The notes below the pieces were generated by a model. The model was not told the DNA's origin, did not search any database, and saw only the letters and a list, made by a program, of their open reading frames with translations. A DNA stretch of 64,000 nt from positions 1,364,001 through 1,428,000 of the forward strand of contig JAQGDQ010000002.1 in assembly GCA_030141605.1 (NCBI GenBank), in the 5' to 3' direction. The position numbers and the translations under genes are program-made. Shown here piece after piece: positions 36,901 through 49,949 of the stretch. How positions within the stretch are numbered: position 1 is the first letter of the stretch; each line of letters starts with the position of its first letter. The DNA is from Tubiluchus corallicola (Eukaryota > Animalia > Priapulida).

Positions 36901-39900
36901 TATAATATAAATTAATAATACACTTTTCCCTAGTTCTTCTTAAAAAAATAATTATGCAATTTCTCTGTTATATATGATAACAGGTTAAATGCAAAAAGTG
37001 AGAAAAGGAAAGCTGATTTGGCAGAGGCATATGCTTATTACAAGCTTGTGGATGATGCGGAGCAAGAGGAAGCTTGGTTAGCTGAAAAACAGACTTGGTT
37101 GAAGCAAGCTCCGGAACCCAGCCGAGATATCTATGCCTTGTACAGGCAGCTACAGGCACACGATGTATGTGATGCAATAATTTTATTTCTTTTAATTTTT
37201 AGTTTATTTTTGGTGTAATCTAGAGTTTAATCTATACTATTTACATCTATAATATAAGCGTATAGGTAGAGTTCGTAATAAAAGAGTATGAAGAGGCATG
37301 TGAAAGGGAAAGGCTAGATCGATAGATTGAATATTTTAATTTGCATTGCATTCTAGAGTGGCATTTATGTAGCATCCGGATGCGGATGTAGATGCGTTTT
37401 TCACCTGCGGAATAGAGTGCGGAAAAAACAATAGGAACAGCTGCAGAAAAAGAATAACACAAATACGGGCTGCATAAATGGGTGCATTGAAAACAATAGA
37501 AACCGATTTTATCTATTCCGTGCCTCCCAAAACGCATCCGCATCCAGATACTACATAAACACTTCTTTAGCATGTATAATATGTTCTAAAATGCTTCACA
37601 ATAAAAAATGCAAAGAGTAAAGACTACAAAAAAAATAAGAAACACCACTACAAAAATTCAATATGTAACAAGATCGTACACAGGCACTAAAATCAGATTT
37701 TCTAAAATATTTCATAATAAAGATCCAAAAAAATAAAAACACACATTTTAAAATTCAATTTATAATAAAATCAGACTAAACTCGCGTGTTAATTGAAAAT
37801 AAGATATTGACAATATCGACTAGCCTAGGAATCTGACTAAACAGCTAAGTTTTAAATTTTGATTTAAAACTGCTGAGGTTACTGCACATGCTAAATTCAC
37901 GAGGAAGAGCATTCCAGTAAGTAAGAACATAGTATCTAAATGATTGCTTTTGTACCACAGATAATGTTGAAAGAGGTTGATACAGAAATGGACTACTGTT
38001 ATGTCTTAAACCATGAGAGTTGGGTTGTGTTGGTAGACAATGTCATGTATGTGTAATTTGGAGTCTGATTGTTAAGTATTTATAAACGATAACCAGAAAT
38101 TTAAGTTGTATTCTAAATTTCACAGCTAGCCAATGTAAATGATGTAGAACTGGTGTGTTGTGGTCGCACATACCTGTACATGATATTTAATGTACAGCTG
38201 AGTTTTATACATGTTGAAGTTTTAAAATATTGTATTCCGGCAAATAACAGATGTTGCTGAAAAAACTGTTACAGTAGTCTAAATGGGAATGCACCAGGGC
38301 GTGGACAAGAATGATAACTGAATCACGACTAAGAAATCCTCTAATCTTTCCCAAATTATAGTTACAAAATTGGCCTTATTGCAAACTTCAATGATATTTT
38401 TGTTGAAACAGGATGTATGTATATGAACTAATTTGTTTCTTGACTACTTTGTCAATGTTGGCTAGAATAGAATGACTACACTTTGCCTTGTTTTTTATTT
38501 TTAGGCAGTGGAGGCTGAGATGCAAGCACATGCTCCAGTAAGTAACACTATCTGTGTGATGGGTTCACGAATGAATCAAACCAGTTATCCGCTCCGTGCA
38601 GCCGAAGTCAACAAACACATGAACATCTTGCAGGAGGAATGGCACAAACTTAAATCGTCTGTTGCTGCTAGGAAGATTAAGTTAGAAGATGCGCTGGAAT
38701 CTGCCCAGGTAAATTATTGATAATGTCAATCTTTAGGTCACAGGCTAAATTCACCTGTCCTGTTGAATAATGGCTAAATTGACCATTATAGTTATCAGTT
38801 TATTTGCCAACAATTGAATGTGCATGTTTTTTATTCATTTATTTTTACCCATTTTAGGTATGTGAAAATTGGGGCAGACTCGTTTTCCTAGAAAAGTTTT
38901 TTGCCAGAAAAATTTTTCCCCCAACAAAAAAAATTCACAGAAAACTTTTTTTACTTCCCAAAAGAAAATTTCCCAAAAAAGATATTTCCCAGAATTGCCA
39001 GTTCCTAGAATTTTTTTTTCCCTGAATCGTCATGTCATGGAACAGAAAATTCACAGAAAATGTAATAAATCTTTTTAGATAATGTGCAAGAAAAAATATT
39101 TTATTTTAACTACGTGTATTGATTAATAGGGAACATATAATAATAAAAATGTTCAGATCTTTAGGCAAGAAATTAGATTTGTAACATCAGAACTATTAGG
39201 TAGTGAATAGTGTTGATCTTTGCATATACCCAAGAATGAGTGATCATGGTGTGCCATTCGCTACCAAAGTTAAGCAATGCCAAGCCTTGCAACTGATTTG
39301 TTGGTAGACCGCTTGTAAATATCAGTCTTGGGCAGTTATTTTTATTGTGATTCCAAATTATTTCATTAATTTCATTGTTTAGAGAAGATGAACATGCATT
39401 CGAATGTGACTGTGACTTCTCAGTCAGCCCAGTATTTCATCTCAGAGGATTATCTTGATAATGAACTAGGATCTGGTCCTGCCATAAAAGAACTCCTAAA
39501 AAATCTTCTGATGGAGCTTAATTTATTGGGCAAATGTTGACCCCAAGTCGTTAACAAATTTGTGTGGTTTGCAAAGCCTTGGTGTTTTCATTTTTTATAA
39601 TTGTTAGTTGTAAAATATATTTCAAATCCTAGGAAAATCAGTTTGGAGTGATTACATGCAGCAAATGATACAATGCCAATTACTGTCAGAAATCAATGTT
39701 ATCTTAAAACCAAGTTTAAATTGTAGCAACAAGTTTCAAAACAAAATATTTTTTTCAAAACATAATTAAAAAACAAGGTTGATAGGCATTATTTAAAGTG
39801 CTGTAGATAACCAAAAGATAGCAAAAAGAGAAAGAATTAAAGGTATAGAGTAAGGGGAAGGGGAGTGAGATGGGGAAGGAGAGAGAATATGAGGAAGAGA

Positions 39901-42900
39901 GAGCTAGAGGAGGAAGAGGAGGAGGAGGAGAGACTGAAAGAGAGAGAGAGGGGGGAAGGAGCAAGGGGGAGGATAAGAAGGTAAAAGAAGGGAAGAGAGT
40001 GAAGAGGGAGGAACAGACAGAGCCGTGATTTTTTTGTCGAAAAATCTTTCTAGGAAATATGTTTTTCTGTGAAATGAGTTTTCTAGGAAAAATATTTTCT
40101 GGGAAAAAATTTTCTGAAAGTTATTTTTCTGCAAAATGGTTTTTCTGAAGGCTTCTGAGAACAAACCTAAACCATGAAACTTTTAGCTGCAGCACTGAAG
40201 CACTTCTATGAGAATTAAGATAGTTGTCATGGTTTGCACTGTGCAACTAACCAACTTATTTTGTTTAGAGCAATTTCAAAATCTGACAAACATAGCATCA
40301 AGTCATACTGTTCCTATTCACAGTAGTTGAATTGTGGCCTAAAAGTGTGCCACTTTATTTTTTGCACCATCTTAGTAAGTTTCCTTTAACAGTATACGTT
40401 AAGTTTTTAAGTAGGCTACAAATTTGCTGCGAAAACGTTTTTGTGTTGAAAATTCTCAGTTAGTCTTCTCAATGATGGTCTTTTAACAAAACATTAATAT
40501 TCAAAATGTGGTTGCATTGAAGCTCTTAAAAAGGGTTTTCTTACTTAGCGAAAAGCATTGTCTTTGTTGTTACTTAAAAATATGGTAATTGTACTCTTTT
40601 AGCAGAAAACAGTAAAGTCTAACAATGTTAATTCACTACAAGTTTCATTAAGGAATTGATAACAACCTTTACTTTTTCAGTATTACGCTGATGCTGAAGA
40701 AGCAACTCAGTGGATAAAGGAGAGAATGCCATTAGCAGCAAGTGATGATTTTGGACGAGATGAAGCATCAGCACAAGTAGCTGCCCCATTTAATTTTGTT
40801 ACTTTTTTTATTGACAAGTGATGATTTGTGCTTTAAAAATAAACAACATCTTAATAAGGCATTTGGGCTAGTGTATATAACCAGTTGTTCGAAGGCATTC
40901 TGCCAACAAGAAAGTTTTCTCCTACTTTAGTAATGTCTTATTGTTGTGACTGTACTGATTTAGCTGCAGTATAGTAATACTTACCAGAACCATCGTACAG
41001 TGACGAAGTACATTTGCTAGAATTATTTGATTTACGATTTTGTATGGTTAATCAGAAAGGTTAATTAAACAACTGGTCTAAGTGGCCTAATTGGCTTGAC
41101 TTCTTGTGTCAAACTTTCATGGAAAATCAGCCTTAGCAAACTTCTCACTGAAAAAAGGCTCCTAACACCTTCATTAACTGCTGTATGCTTGCAGAATGTT
41201 TTAGTTCTGCTTTAGCAAGATGAACTTTCGCTTTGCTGACGTAATCATTATTCTTGAGTTGTTTAACTTTATATGATTTTGTTACTTGAACATATTGTAA
41301 AAGTAAATTGTTTGTCCGTAGGCATTACTACAAAAGCACAAGATTCTTGAAGAGGAGATTCGTGCTTATGATGCCGACATACAACGCCTCAACAACTATG
41401 CTACTCTCATGACACAAGATGCTCAACAACACAAGGCACGTAGAATAAATTTTATTAAGAATTGTAATTAGAGAATAATTGTAAGTGGTTTATAACATGA
41501 CGATTGTTTTGGGATTGTCATCAGAAATTTCATGTTTTACATGTATAACGCATAAATAACAGATTAACAGTGTGGTGGCAAAGTTTGAAGCTGCTAAAAG
41601 ATTCCTGCTTATATGAAAGCTAAGATTCCAAGGCCTGTGTCATCAGAAAAGTTAAATTCTTATCTAAGTTACAATATATCTCCTATTTTTAGAATAAGTT
41701 CTTACATAAATACCTATCTTCTTAACAGATGTCATTGGCATGTAAAAATTCGTAATTTTTGCAAAGTTTCCTGCACATCTATTTGACTTTTTTGGTAAAG
41801 AGTTAAAATGATAACTCACATACTAAGATCATTACTTGAGGCTATTTTGTGTAACAATATTCTTGTAATAAGTGATTCATAACTAAAAAATTTTTGTGAT
41901 TAAGATCAGCTTAAATGAGTTTTCAAAAACTTTATAAGATATTGTTAGCTGCTACCACTGATCAGTAATTTATAATAGAAAATTTCGTTCAAATTGTAAA
42001 TAACAATTATGTTTTTAATGTCTGCAGATTCCGCCTGAATCAGCTGTGAAGAGATTACAGGAAGAAGAAGGAACATCTGCTGGTGGGGAAGAAGAGGAAG
42101 ATGTGGAATATCACCTGGTAAAGATAGTTTTTGGCAATCAACACATTCTTAGCGTGAAAAATTTGTGAATTTTTTGTTAACAGCTTTGGCTTTCTTTTTG
42201 CCAGAAATTTTGCCACAAAATTAAAAATATAAATTTACAATATAGTAAATCTTCACTTGGGAACACCTCATTTAGTGACAATAAATTTTGACATTTATGA
42301 GATTTTGGCATTTTTTAACAAGTTTAAAAACAATAATCTGTGCTAAGCTGCAAGCATTTAAGGCACTCGAATGTTTGTTTTATGCCAGTCAGATATTATT
42401 GATTTTTGGTACTGGAATACATTTCTATACACTTACATTTTTGCTTCTGGAATGCACATATTAAAGATTTGCTTAACCCACTGCATTTTGTGTGAACACA
42501 TTGGTATAGTTATTTAAGGCCTTACTGTAATTGGATCTAGTTTATTATATGTGTTTTAAAGTATATTTACCAATTTGCATATCTCAAAGTTCTGAACATC
42601 AGATATTAGTTCTGGATAAAAAAACATTGTTATCCACAGATTTCACTTAGCTAGTAGCTATCATAATAGAAAATAAAGATTATGGTTTGGCGAGAGGAAT
42701 AGCTGAATGATTCATTATGTGTGCTTGTCGACAGAAATAAGCAGTGCTAGACCTGGTTAGTAAATGGACCGGTGTCTGGCGGAAATTGCTAATGAGAGTT
42801 TTTATCTGCTATCCTGTGCCTCGACCATGTCTCTTGTTTAGGTGAAAATGCCAACCAAATGGGTTAGTGTTTACGCATCCGACATGACCATGAGACATTT

Positions 42901-43347
42901 CTGCTAGTTCAATGTTTCGTCTCAGAGGATTATGACAATGAGATGGGTTCTAGTGTCGTCACAAGAATCTGTATTAATTAAGTTCTGCTACTAAGTGCTA
43001 TACCCTAACTAGCAAAGTTGCTTACAAGTAAAGATGAGCTTTACAAGATTCTACTTTTCTTACTAACATAAATAACTATGCAAACAAAGTTAGTGCAAAA
43101 AATCTGTTTTCAGTAAGTGTTATCACAGCTGTAGGCTCTGTGCTTTTAAACAACATCCCTAGATTAGCTTAGCTTCATGAAACCTAAGTATTTTTTTGCA
43201 TTTACAATATAGGTGCCAGTCGAAAGTGAAGAAGAAATAGAAATGGTAATGCAGGTGATGGAAGAATTTGTAGAACTGAAAATCTCTCCTCGAGTGAAGA
43301 TGAGATACCCGTACAGCGGACATGGTGTTGATGTCAAGAAAGGAGAG
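18109..43347 (+). CDS. SPTBN5: Beta-heavy spectrin (karst/sma-1/SPTBN5-like), 5' part: CH1 - repeat insert - CH2 - spectrin repeats 1-5 - start of SH3
   Basis: CH1 exons 18109-18273, 18756-18929, 20150-20266 ([29 protein letters not shown]). Insert exons 20740-20817, 21280-21311, 22377-22416, 23911-23937, 24432-26088, 27878-28050. CH2 exons 28314-28390, 28693-28773, 29186-29301, 31781-31893 ([38 protein letters not shown]). Spectrin-repeat exons 32460-32647, 33149-33331, 33428-33602, 34232-34314, 35807-35945, 36535-36731, 36984-37164, 38505-38708, 40681-40776, 41322-41435. Then 42028-42117 and 43213-43347 (acidic linker, SH3 start [20 protein letters not shown]). All phases chain correctly: 876 aa without the insert, 1545 aa with it. 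An SH3 inside repeat 5 is diagnostic of invertebrate beta-H spectrin. Confidence 0.88.
20945..21165. repeat. CA-rich low-complexity tract (CACCA/CAA/GAT degenerate)
   Basis: Degenerate ACCAT/CACAC and CAA repeats. Source of spurious His/Pro/Asn-rich ORFs. Confidence 0.7.
21961..21992. repeat. (TA)n microsatellite
   Basis: TA run. Confidence 0.9.
21994..22590. mobile_element. Degenerate Tigger/pogo-like MITE termini
   Basis: CAGTAGTCACTTAATAAAACCAC at the left, and the inverted GTGGTTTTATTAAGTGGCGACTACTG at the right. Confidence 0.5.
22657..23599. mobile_element. Tigger/pogo-type (Tc1/mariner superfamily) non-autonomous element
   Basis: TIRs CAGTAGGCGTCGCTTAATAGA / TCTATTAAGCAGTGCCTACTG, flanked by TA on both sides. 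Confidence 0.85.
24432..26088 (+). CDS. 1657-nt spectrin insert exon encoding ~6.5 copies of an 81-aa repeat
   Basis: Stop-free. Acceptor tttttag|AAA (phase 0) and donor G|gtaagt (phase 1) match the next exon at 27878. Units start at about 24504, 24747, 24990, 25233, 25476 and 25719 (243-nt period). Confidence 0.85.
27250..27830 (-). mobile_element. Fragment of R2/NeSL-type (RLE) non-LTR retrotransposon
   Basis: GC-richer patch. Minus translation [42 protein letters not shown] resembles the post-RT and decayed CCHC-knuckle region of R2-group elements. Confidence 0.55.
29325..30012. mobile_element. Tigger-like MITE
   Basis: TIRs CAGTAAGTCCTCATTTAACGA / TCGTTAAGTGAGGACTTACTG; right flank TA, left flank TG. 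Confidence 0.85.
30436..31430. mobile_element. Decayed PIF/Harbinger-like element
   Basis: Degenerate inverted ends (GTACCTTTTAGACAATCAGTTTT / AAAACTGGTCGTGTAAATGGACC), subterminal AAACTGACAAAC repeats, and a minus-strand RKVWMK remnant like a Harbinger transposase N-terminus. Confidence 0.55.
37352..37570. mobile_element. Small Harbinger-like MITE
   Basis: Inverted arms TTTATGTAGCATCCGGATGCGGATG / CATCCGCATCCAGATACTACATAAA. Confidence 0.7.
37820..38400 (-). mobile_element. L2-clade LINE 3' fragment
   Basis: Minus translation [15 protein letters not shown] and [14 protein letters not shown], typical L2 ORF2 C-terminal motifs. Confidence 0.8.
39260..39500 (+). mobile_element. 5S rRNA-derived SINE-like copy 1
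   Basis: AAGTTAAGCA..GCC..TGGTAGACCGCTTGTAAATA resembles the 5S internal promoter. Core TTTCATCTCAGAGGATTAT is shared with the copy at 42.9 kb. Confidence 0.45.
39845..40020. repeat. Polypurine (GA/GGA) low-complexity tract
   Basis: Almost exclusively G/A for ~175 bp. Confidence 0.9.
42690..42970 (+). mobile_element. 5S rRNA-derived SINE-like copy 2
   Basis: TAAGCAGTGCTAGACCTGGTTAGTAAATGGA compared with 5S TAAGCAGGGTCGGGCCTGGTTAGTACTTGGA; core TTTCGTCTCAGAGGATTAT. Confidence 0.5.
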
Positions 43348-46300
43348 GTAAGTTAGTGCAAAAGTACTGCATCATCGTCTTTTTAACTGCTCGAGTAAAA
43401 GTCTCCTAACCATGTTAGCAAAGAGGTGGCACAGATCGTAGTTGCTTATTGACATTGTGCAAGTGCCGAGTGATAATTAACAAAAGAAAGTTTACTAAAA
43501 AAAGACAACAGTTGACATTGCATGCATTCATTCTTTGTTGTGCTACTACCTCATTTTTGATGCTTGGTATGGTAACTGATGCATGCAGAAACAAAAATTA
43601 TAATAAATTAGTAAAATGGATTCAAATAGGTTTTATTACGTAAATGACTAGTAGTTTGCAGATTTTTAGTAGTTATTAGCTCAACAGTTTTCACCTTTCC
43701 GTCCATTTATTACTAGTACATCTAGTACTTCGTCATTCTTAAAGTGCAATGATCATACACTTGCGTTGTAAACTATAATTTAAAACAAAGTGGCAACTAT
43801 AGTTTGCTTTTTCTCTGTTTTTTGAGCTGTCATAATTTTATACCACTAGTATTATGTCAACAACTGCAGTTATTGCTTGAAAACATTGGTGTTATTAGGC
43901 TTGCACAAAGTTGCACATGATCCGTATTCAGGATGCAAATCACAATAGTTTATAGCAGGAAGTACAATCAGGTTCATTATATCAGGGATACACTAATAAA
44001 CTTTTTGCTTTGAGTGCTCTAAAAATTTTTCCTTAAGTTAAATATTGATACAGATATTATGAGCCTGAATAACTGTCGTTGTTGAGAGTTGAAAGTGGGT
44101 TTAATTGTGTTCAGCTTAACTAATACTCGATAGAAGGAAGCAGGATAGAGTCTTATATTAATTTGAGCTTCTTACATACGTATGTTAATGTTTGGTCTGC
44201 AGCGCAGCAGTGGATGATTAATTAGAGTTTGCTAATTAAGGTTTACTTGAGAGAAGTTAGATTTGGTTGAAGGGAAATAAGTGTCAACTGCTTCAAGTAG
44301 TTTTATAATCACTTCTTGCTAACATTTTCAGGCACATTTTTTACTTCATCTCCTTCGTACAGCATTGCAGATGTACTTAGCTATACTTTTGCATGTTACA
44401 TAATTGCCACTTGCATTTTGGCTTCGTACTTCTTCTAGTTGCATTTCTACTTAACTTTTATGGGTGTTTCAAAATTGAAAGCATTTTAATTATAAGAGAA
44501 AATAACATAACTTCATTGAGGTTTTGAAGCTAATATATGCAGTATGCAACTAAAAATGTAATATACCCATTTTCATTGAAATGATCGGATTTATGACATA
44601 TTTATTACATTAATTTAAATTTTTATTACCAGCTGCATGTTGCATCACTTTCACTACTGCAAGCAAACTTTATTACTTACTGTGCGAGCAAACAGTGATT
44701 AATGTAACCAGAAATACAAGCTAATCAGGCAATTGAAATGCATGCATAGATTTCTAGTATCAGTCCATGCACAAATCCACAGAGTGATTAACTTGCTTTA
44801 TAGCCATTGTGTGTTATTCGTATAGTTTTTTGCACTTTGTGGTTTGTTTAGTTTGACATAAACAGAGATTTCAGTGTTCATATTGTAACATATAGTAACA
44901 CTTTATGATCAGTGAATTTTCTGATATTAACAGGAATATATATTTTGGTGTTTATATGGCTGCTTATTGGCTATATATGTTATTTGTGGTGCACATGAGA
45001 GATAGACATTATTTCTGCTACTCAGACTCTGTTAGGACTCAAGCACTAAAAAATGATGTCCTACAGGGCTGCTATCACACAGAGTCAAATGCAGTTTATG
45101 TCCATGCCTTTGTTAGGCTCAGACTCGTACCTACTGCACAGTTGAAACTCTACATGCTCATCAGAATTGTTTACTGTTGTCCGGGATAGCTACTGCACTT
45201 TGACGTCCACAAAATGAATTCTTTTCTCTTTGTTAAACATATTAAACAATTTAAGATGAGCAGCCATTATGAAAAGTAAAGAGCAGACATCGAACAGCTA
45301 TAAATTGACATCAAGCATATTGGTCTATCGGTCCACCTCCGTTGTGATGTAGGCATGCTCAGCAGCATTCAGGACATCAGGTTATGTTGAACAACAACTC
45401 TTTTAGCAAACAACATGACAACTAATATCTAATCAGCAAATACACTGACTGTGTTTATTCATACACACAAGTTTGCAGAGCAGCAATTAAAACTTTCAGC
45501 AGCCAAAAAAGACTACAGTTTAAGCAGCAAGTAGCTTCGAAGTTTCAAAGATCTACAAAATTCAGAGACATGACTGCCAAATCGGGTCATTATTGTAAAA
45601 GAACTAATTAAGCCAGTAAGCCTTGCTTTAAGCCAAATGGGCAACAAAAATATTTACTAAAGTTTGTCTCCCTCTTGTCTTTGTACATACGAACATATTA
45701 TGCTTGCGACTTATCTTTTTTACGTTTAGCTGATCATGTGGTCGTCTACAAGCTTTTAACCACTTTTTGCATCTTTCCAACTGTTTGTTAGGTCGCAGAA
45801 ATAAAATAACTTTGTTTCATTCTGTAGACTATCCTTATATAGGCTGCCCAAGTTACATAAGTCCTGATGCCATCTTTTAAGTGTAAAATTAACTATTTCA
45901 GAATGCTAATATTACATAGACATACGTCATATAATATAAATTTTGACTGGCTTCACTGATTTGCTGACATTTAACTGTTTCTACAACCTGGGAAAAACCT
46001 ACTTAAATTTAAGTGCTCAGGCTGCTTTTTTGCATGCAGTTTAACTTTAAAGACTAGAATCACTTATACCTGTTAATTCGGGCTTCAATCTGAAGTTATA
46101 GATTTCATTTCATCTCTGTTCTGGTACGCTATTTGACATTTGCAATTATAAAGCAGCGTCATATGATTGGCCCAGTAGTGGCTCGTAGCTAAAATTAGTG
46201 GGGGTGCTGCTTCAAAAAATTTTTAGCCATTGTTTTAATACCGTGTAAAACGTAACAAACATATGTAATTTTAATGTTGTAGTTATATTTGAAGATTGGG

Positions 46301-49035
46301 TGTTGAATGGCCTATTTTTTTAACTGCAACTTTCTCATGGAGAGACAACTGTGAAAAATTAAGCTGTTGTAGTTCACTTACAGTCACAGAACTTATTTCT
46401 TGGGGATGTAAGGCGTCCATTATTAAATAATTTATGTTTTAAGCACATACACGCTAAGTTTGCATTTCATCACATCCAAGAATATGACAGTACACAGTAA
46501 GCACGTGGCAATTGTTACTGTGAATAGCACAGTACTTTTCTATCTAGCGGCAAATTATACCATACAGCGTGCCATCTAAGACATGTGCGCATGGCCGCAT
46601 GCGCATAACAGCCAAACACCACGTTGCTTGGGCTATGAAGCAAATTGTACTTACCTCATTGTGCTCCGGTTCTGCAGTGTCTCTCCTGCGAACTTTTGAA
46701 AAGTTGAACATTTTGTCATAACAGCATAATATATAATATATTATATACTTTACATTAAACCGATTTTAAGATTCACTCTATCACATTTAATTGATTTTTG
46801 CCTCTAGTCCACCTTTAAGTTGATATTTATATTTTTCTTCTTTGCAACAGACACCTAGCAATTGAGATACCACTATATTTTGTTTACGCAATTCGAACTT
46901 CTTTCATTTGTAAATATGAGTGTTTTGGTTTTCATGGTCCTTTTCATTTTTGTCACTCATTCATTCTTTCATTAGGTGTGCATTTTCATTTTACTTGTCT
47001 TGATATTTTGCTACCAGGATTGTATTACAATGTCTCTACTTTCTGATTACCTTGCAAATGTGCACTGTTCAAAAATGCTCAAGAATAATGATCATCCCTT
47101 CACATTATCCGCTGAATTATTGTTATTGAACTGAGTACCTTAATCAACTAGTGACTAGTCCGTTCATATTTTAGTATGTTGTTCAAGATGGTATGTCATA
47201 ATAATATTGCATTCAGTTACAAGCCTATGATAAATTAAATTTTTGATATTAAACTTGAAAGACAGGAAATATGAAAACATGGGATTACATAATAATCTTG
47301 ACATGAAGATTATAATAATTAATTCAGACATAATGTTTAATGCAGCACAGCATAGCATAATGTAATGTCATGTTATGCATTAACAGTGCCTAGCATATGC
47401 ATATAGCATACTCACAACGCTTATGAGAAAGGGAGTGAACTATTAGCTCAAGCTCTCTTCTGCTTTGTGTTGTTCACAGCGTTGCATAGAAATCTGTATG
47501 ACTGCTGCTTTAATTTTCTGGAGACAGCAGCTACAGAAATATAAGTGACAGATTAAACATGCCAACAACACTGTTGGAAAGCATTAACATTTTAAGCAGC
47601 TTTCTTTGAATGTCTTGCCTAGTGTCCAGTCGGTCGGTGAAGTGAAAGAAACATTATTGTGGGACACAGTATAATATTTCAAGATAATATTTCTTGAAAT
47701 AGTGTATAATTTATGCTTCAACATGCTTGTTCTTGCTAATTTGATTTGCACCTGGTGCAATGAATCAGAAGAAATCAATGAAGAAATTGGTCATAATTAT
47801 TTGCACTGTCAACAGGTTGAGGAGCTATAGATTAGCAGTTCGTCATTATGTATTTAAGCCATTATCCGCTGCGGGCAACCAGTTGAGTTGATCTGATGCA
47901 GTTGAGCAGTGCCAGCAAGATGAATTTGTGAATTTTGTCAGGCAGCCAAAGAAATTTTTTACTGCATCTTTTCTACCTGACTATGAGAACTTTTGTAGGG
48001 ATCAACAAGGCCCTATTATAATTTTGGGCTTAAACGTCCTTAAATTATTGAAAAATGCTTTCTAGCAAACTGTCCGTGTACATCTCTGTTAAGAAAATGT
48101 GTCCAAGATTGTGCATTGTATATGAGCCATCTCAGCTACTTTTCTATAGCATCCAAAGAATAAGGCAAAAAAATTGAAAGTGTTACTAGTTATTTGAGAA
48201 TCACCAGTGACAGTTAACTGGTTTATATGCAATGAAGAAAAATAACATTCAATTTTTTTATAATTTAACTAGCTAATGGCAACTAATAGGAGACTGTAAT
48301 CATCTCTCTAGATAAACAGGCATGTGCAATGTATAGATACTGTCGTCTATTCTTGCTGTGCTGTTTAAGTAATTATTTATTAGCTTGATAATTAGCTGCT
48401 GAATTCCATATAAATCTGTAGGGATTTCTTTGTGCACTCCGGTGTGTAATTCACAGTATCACATTGACAAACAGTCTGATTTATTAGCAGTCTTTTGAAA
48501 ATGCATTGTCGTGCAAAGCTAATTACATCCCTGCAAGAAGCAAGCCAATGTCCTTTTGTGTTCAGGAAAAATTATTGTTGTTTTTCAAATAGAATGTTTT
48601 TATTAAATATTTGCATTAGTAAACAAGATGTGATTATGAATTAGAAAACATTTTGAAATCAAATTGGTCCATGTTTCATCCTAGGGCACAAAAGTGTGCT
48701 TCTGTCCACTCCAGAGCTCTAAATTCAATATGAGAAACAGAAATAAATTAAGGCTGCAGAAAAAGCTACTGCAGGAAAGTATTTAGAAAAACTTTCAGCA
48801 AAAAACTAAATTACTAAAGAATTTTGAAAGTAAGCAGGTTTAAAAAAATTTTGCACAATAGTAAAACATTTTAACATTTGATATTATGTCTTTCAGTTAC
48901 ATAAACTACTAGTTTTTAAATTGTAATTGCACTCATTCACATTTACCTTCACAAAGTATGATGGTACAACAACCTTAGCAAACAATGAATAATAGAAAAC
49001 TTTAATTATTTTTGTAATCTTAATTATCAAGATTA

Positions 49036-49096
49036 TTATATATATATGTGTGTGTCTGTGTGTGTGTGTGTGCGCGTGCGTGCGTGCGTGTGTGTA
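49036..49096. repeat. Compound (TA)n(TG)n(CG/TGCG)n microsatellite
   Basis: Alternating purine-pyrimidine tract. Confidence 0.9.
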
Positions 49097-49352
49097 TTAC
49101 TAATTATGGAACAACCTATCGTTATTGTTGAATTTTTATGCAAATGGTAATGAAATTATAGAAAATTTAATTGGAAGATTTTATTTAATTGAATGCAAAG
49201 TAGATGGAAAACTTTTTATACACTGTTTTGCCTAGTTGGTTTTGTCAAATATTATAACAACTGTAAAAATAAAAAAGAACTTTTCCAGATTTAGTTAACT
49301 CATGTAATTACAACAACAATTACTTGTGATTACGTACAAGTGTATGTAATTA

Positions 49353-49872
49353 AGGACCGTTTTGACTAGCGTTTTTCTTGCTGTGTTTATCTTGGCGTGA
49401 AAATGAATGTTGCTGTCTCTAGATCGCTCCATCTTACTTGATAGCTACAAGTATACTGTATACTTACTTCTTAATTCACTGATAAACCATCGCCTTCTTC
49501 AGTGACTGTTATTAATGCTGCCAGTGCCTTCTTTTCATCGTTGTTGAAGTAATTTTAATATTCTATAAACATGGATGTTTGTGAAGGTTTTCTTGCTGCG
49601 TTACTTTTTCCCACTCAAGTGCCTTGTTTTTTGGCATGTGTGAATCAACAATTTACGTCTCCTCGTCAAAATCAAATCGTCAACACATCGTGTAATGGCA
49701 TTTGTATTAGGACGGTTTTATCACTCCAGGGTTGCAGCGTTTTCTCGTCAGTTGGATTTTCAAAAGCTTTTTTCTCGCTGTATAGCGATAGATGTTTTCA
49801 CAAACATTTTTGTAGCGATAACGCCGACAGCGATAAAATCGCAGCGGCAAAATCGCTAATCAAAACTGGCCT
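49353..49872. mobile_element. PIF/Harbinger-like MITE
   Basis: TIRs AGGACCGTTTTGACTAGCG / CGCTAATCAAAACTGGCCT in a TTA/TAA context. Confidence 0.7.
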
Positions 49873-49949
49873 TAAAAGCGTATTTGCATTATGAGAGGAA
49901 TAGAATAGAATAGAAATTTATTTTTTCCTTGAATACATAAAAAACGTGA

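Larger units (their letters stand above)
38870..40160. mobile_element. Foldback/MULE-like element with long modular inverted arms
   Basis: Left arm 38870-39065 has repeats like TTTTCC(T/C)AGAAAA. Right arm 40030-40150 has the reverse-complement TTTTCT(A/G)GGAAAA units. Confidence 0.55.

Noticed and set aside
39260-39335. Functional 5S rRNA gene
   Set aside because: Too diverged and partial; better explained as a SINE head.
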